Below, piece after piece: positions 60,897 to 64,000 of a DNA stretch of 64,000 nucleotides. This DNA comes from Oceanispirochaeta sp. GTDB taxonomy: Bacteria > Spirochaetota > Spirochaetia > DSM-2461. Below the pieces are notes generated by a model. It was not told the DNA's origin. It did not search any database and was given only the letters and a program-made list of their open reading frames with translations. The stretch lies in the NCBI GenBank assembly GCA_963663385.2, contig CAXXXD010000004.1:512001-576000 (forward strand). Direction: 5' to 3'. Both the position numbers and the translations under genes were made by a program. Positions within the stretch are counted from its first letter, which is position 1. Each line of letters opens with the position of its first letter.

Positions 60897-62616
60897 CTTC
60901 GGGCTCAAGTGTGATTTCCCCTCCAAATGACATCATAAGTCTTTTTACCAGATAGAGCCCCAGTCCTGTAGCGCTTTCTCCTGCCGTCGGTCTGGTAGAC
61001 AGGGTCCTGAATTTTTCATAGAGAAACGGCCTTTCCTTTTCCGGAATCCCCGGACCGCAGTCCCGGATCCTCCACACAATGTATTGACTCTCTTTCTGAC
61101 AGCTTATGCAAATCTCACCATGGGAAAAGGAGTACTTCAGGGCATTGTCAATCAGGTTTTCAATAACGGTTTTTACCAGGAAATAGTTACCAATCCACTC
61201 TCTTTCAATCGAGTGTATTTTTATTTCTATGGATTTTGCCTTTAAAAGGGGAGTATACATCTGGCAGATCTGCTCTGTAATGCTGTTTAAATCCAGTATT
61301 TCATTGCTGGAATGAAACTGGCCTTCATCCAGTTTCAGATAGACCATTGTATTTTCCATAAGGGATTTCATATTACCCGAAGCTGTAAATATCTGTTTGT
61401 ACTCGTCCCTGTTCTGATCTTCATCCAGCAGTTCCATGGCATTATTAATAAGAATCGTTATGGGTGTCGATGTATTATGGCTGATTATATGCAGCAGTGT
61501 GGTTCTCATTTTTACCAGATGCTTCATTTCACTGTTGTAAGCCTGTAACTGTGTGATATTGAGAGACAGAGTTTCCACCATTGTATTCAGGTGCTGATTC
61601 AGAGTCTGAAATTCATCTTTTCCTGTTACACAGTTCTGAATGGAATAGTTTCCCTGAGTGATCTGATTCATATATCTGTTCAGTTTCATAATATTGGAAA
61701 CAATTTTTCTGACAAAAAAATAACTGCCGCAATAAGCAAAGACATAGCATAATATGAGTATCAGTATAATACTCCGCATAATAGGAGCAATCTCGTCTTT
61801 GATCTTTCTGGACGGTATAAGAGACAGGAGATGAATTCCCAGCTTATTTACGGGGGATGAAAATGTATAGAATTGAGTGTCATTCAGATATATTTCCAGA
61901 CCCTGTTCCGGGAAATTGGTCAGGGTTTCCCGGTCAATGATGTTATTGTATTCGATAGGTTCGTTAATCTCCCTGTTGAAATTGATAACCCTCCTGTCTC
62001 CCAGCACGGCCAGGATTTTTTCATCCTGGCAACCGGTTTCTGTTTTAAAACTGCTGAAGAAAGCTTTCATGGGTATATCCAGGCCCAGAACACCGGTATG
62101 AACGCCCTTATCATCTGCTATTCCGATAACTGCAGATAGTACAATTTCTGAATTCTTTTCGGAAAGGTAAGGAGCTGTCCAGTTCAGTTCTTCCGAGACG
62201 GATCCGAGTTTAAACCACTGTGTATCTCTGTAACCGGAATAGTCTTTCCTGATTCCGCTGCTTGTAATCAGCTGCAGGTCCACCAGGGATCCGTAATAGA
62301 TTACCGAATTCCGGGGCAGAAGCTTTTCAAGGATTTTCCACTCATTCTGAACATCCCGGATATTTCCGGGATCATTGAGGATCCGGTGTTTCTGTTCATC
62401 CTGACTGTATAGGTTCAGAATATCCTCAATCCTCCAAATCTGTGTATCGATACTGTTACTTGTAATGGATTGGATGAGCAGGGACTGCTCCTTTTTTTTT
62501 AGGTTCAGGATTTTTTCCTGAAAGGGTTCCAGCAGCAATCCCCAGAAGGTTATTAAAGGAATAAAAAACAGCAGTATTATATAAATTCTGAATTGGTTTA
62601 TAATTGATATCCACAT
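60835..62616 (-). CDS. dCache-HAMP histidine kinase
   Basis: RDTQWF/WTAPY/GVLGLDI Cache, HAMP, ISHNTSTP, NLIDNALKYS, DCGPGI, GLGL. Confidence 0.88.
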   Translation of the reverse strand: MWISIINQFRIYIILLFFIPLITFWGLLLEPFQEKILNLKKKEQSLLIQSITSNSIDTQIWRIEDILNLYSQDEQKHRILNDPGNIRDVQNEWKILEKLLPRNSVIYYGSLVDLQLITSSGIRKDYSGYRDTQWFKLGSVSEELNWTAPYLSEKNSEIVLSAVIGIADDKGVHTGVLGLDIPMKAFFSSFKTETGCQDEKILAVLGDRRVINFNREINEPIEYNNIIDRETLTNFPEQGLEIYLNDTQFYTFSSPVNKLGIHLLSLIPSRKIKDEIAPIMRSIILILILCYVFAYCGSYFFVRKIVSNIMKLNRYMNQITQGNYSIQNCVTGKDEFQTLNQHLNTMVETLSLNITQLQAYNSEMKHLVKMRTTLLHIISHNTSTPITILINNAMELLDEDQNRDEYKQIFTASGNMKSLMENTMVYLKLDEGQFHSSNEILDLNSITEQICQMYTPLLKAKSIEIKIHSIEREWIGNYFLVKTVIENLIDNALKYSFSHGEICISCQKESQYIVWRIRDCGPGIPEKERPFLYEKFRTLSTRPTAGESATGLGLYLVKRLMMSFGGEITLEPEAISGGAGFALFFPVPEDSEL

Positions 62617-62805
62617 ACAGGTCGGCTCCCTGCATAAAATATATTAATTGTCCAGGTTTTAAAAGGCGTTGAGAAGCTATTGTCCAACAGTGAACTATTC
62701 CGAGGCTATCCCGAGGCCTCACCTCGTGGTTCAGATTGAATCATGTTCCTGAAAATGTCCGCCCTGACAGAGCAGGAAATCTTCTTCCTTCCGGATAGGG
62801 ACTTT

Positions 62806-64000
62806 TTATTGCCGTTTCATCCATTTATGTATGACCCTGTTCACCTGCTCGGAATTAAAAGGTTTATGTATTGTGTCATCCATAGTGAAAAGTCCTCCGT
62901 TTTCTTCCCGGCTGCCTGTTATGGCAATTACGGGGATCTGATCGAACTCATGATTCGACCGTATCATCCTGAATGCTTCCGCCCCATTGATTTCAGGCAT
63001 ATTCATATTCATCAGAACCATACAGTAATTGTTGCTTTTCATCATTTCCATAGCCTGAAGGGCTGATCGGGAGGATCTTGACTTGTATCCCTGAACATCC
63101 AGGATATAGCGGATTATCTCACAATTCGCATCGTTGTCATCCACAACCAGTATGCTTCTGTCTTCCGGTCCTTCGCTTTCTGTGACACAGTAATCCACTT
63201 CTTCACTTATTTTTCCAACAGGCTCATAGGGAAGGATCAGGGTAAAACAGGTCCCCTTGTCTTCAGAGCTGACAAATGTTATGTCCCCGTTCAGGTATCT
63301 GTTGCTGATGAGTTTCATTCCATAGGTTCCCTGTCCCCGTCCTTTACCTTTTGTAGAAAAGGCTCTCTGGAATATCTGCTCTCTGATTTCAGGAAATATA
63401 TAGGCGGGATTACTGATGCTGATGCGTATGCTCTCGTTGGTCAATAGGGATTCCAGGGTGATCGTGTCATTTTCCTTTGATGCTTCCAGAGCGTTGAGCA
63501 TCATATTGTCCAGTATACGCCTGATCAGAATATGGTCGCTGATAAATGAGAAAGATTCGGATCTGTCCCGTATGTAAATAAGTTTCTTCTCTGCCAGATC
63601 ATGATTACGGTATTGGTGTACAACCTCCTCCAGCAGCCTTCTGCTGTGAATTTCATCGTGTAAAAATACCTTATCCTCATTCTTCTCTGCGGAGATCAAA
63701 TCTTTCTGCTCCCGGATCTGTTCCAGCATTTTTTGTATCATGTTCTGCAGGTTGTTTATTGTATCCTGGTATTCGGAAACTTTCTTTTCTTCAATACTGT
63801 CCTGCAGTTTCCGGCTGTATCCCAGGATTCCGCCGGCGGTATTCATTACGTCATGGAAAAAGATCCTTTCCATGGCTTCCCGTTTCTTCTTATTCTCTAT
63901 ATTGAAGAGTATCATTATCAGATAGGTCCTGGTATTTACAATAAAAGGTTTGGTCCATACATTCAGGTTCAAGGTCGTCATATCTTTCAGACGGATACGG
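62806..64000 (-). CDS. Hybrid histidine kinase with C-terminal pseudo-receiver (5'-truncated)
   Basis: FFHDVMN, NMMLNALEAS, FSTKGKGRGQG; REC VVDDN...LMNMNMP...KPF. Confidence 0.85.
   Translation of the reverse strand, partial: RIRLKDMTTLNLNVWTKPFIVNTRTYLIMILFNIENKKKREAMERIFFHDVMNTAGGILGYSRKLQDSIEEKKVSEYQDTINNLQNMIQKMLEQIREQKDLISAEKNEDKVFLHDEIHSRRLLEEVVHQYRNHDLAEKKLIYIRDRSESFSFISDHILIRRILDNMMLNALEASKENDTITLESLLTNESIRISISNPAYIFPEIREQIFQRAFSTKGKGRGQGTYGMKLISNRYLNGDITFVSSEDKGTCFTLILPYEPVGKISEEVDYCVTESEGPEDRSILVVDDNDANCEIIRYILDVQGYKSRSSRSALQAMEMMKSNNYCMVLMNMNMPEINGAEAFRMIRSNHEFDQIPVIAITGSREENGGLFTMDDTIHKPFNSEQVNRVIHKWMKRQ

Noticed and set aside
62696..62727. Short tandem CCGAGGC repeat and hairpin upstream of the kinase; possible riboswitch
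   Set aside because: Only two short copies; no recognisable aptamer consensus on either strand
1..64000. CRISPR arrays, IS/transposases, prophage, defence systems, rRNA/tRNA
   Set aside because: No repeat-spacer array, integrase/transposase motif or structural RNA seen by eye

Overview
Gene-dense bacterial chromosome segment, most likely from a free-living Spirochaetaceae member. This is inferred from solute-binding proteins with 'FAxGQ/SQ(K/E/D)' signal-peptide ends, a spirochaete-type lipobox and weak RBSs. About 53 CDS; no rRNA, tRNA, CRISPR or mobile element was seen. The left 36 kb is a carbohydrate-utilisation block: a YesM-type kinase with an extra sensory MglB paralogue and mglBAC; a ROK-regulated ABC/oxidoreductase/PHP-hydrolase/sulfatase operon; chvE-gguAB followed by DeoR, an orphan CUT2 ATPase and an ECF transporter; AraC plus an oxidoreductase; and a GntR-LacI-regulated ABC operon with a PLP trans-sulfuration-family lyase and a GH38 alpha-mannosidase. 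The right part holds typA, an aminotransferase, ArsR-cadA, two MATE pumps, a GGDEF-EAL protein, glgP, a cation:H+ antiporter with an EIIA-PII fusion partner, an HU-fusion protein and a signalling cluster with atypical kinases. Several operators are readable directly. The best candidates for undescribed systems are the lyase+GH38 operon, the antiporter/EIIA-PII pair, the DeoR/orphan ATPase pair, the sulfatase operon and the HU fusion. All functional calls come from motif recognition only; no database search was run.
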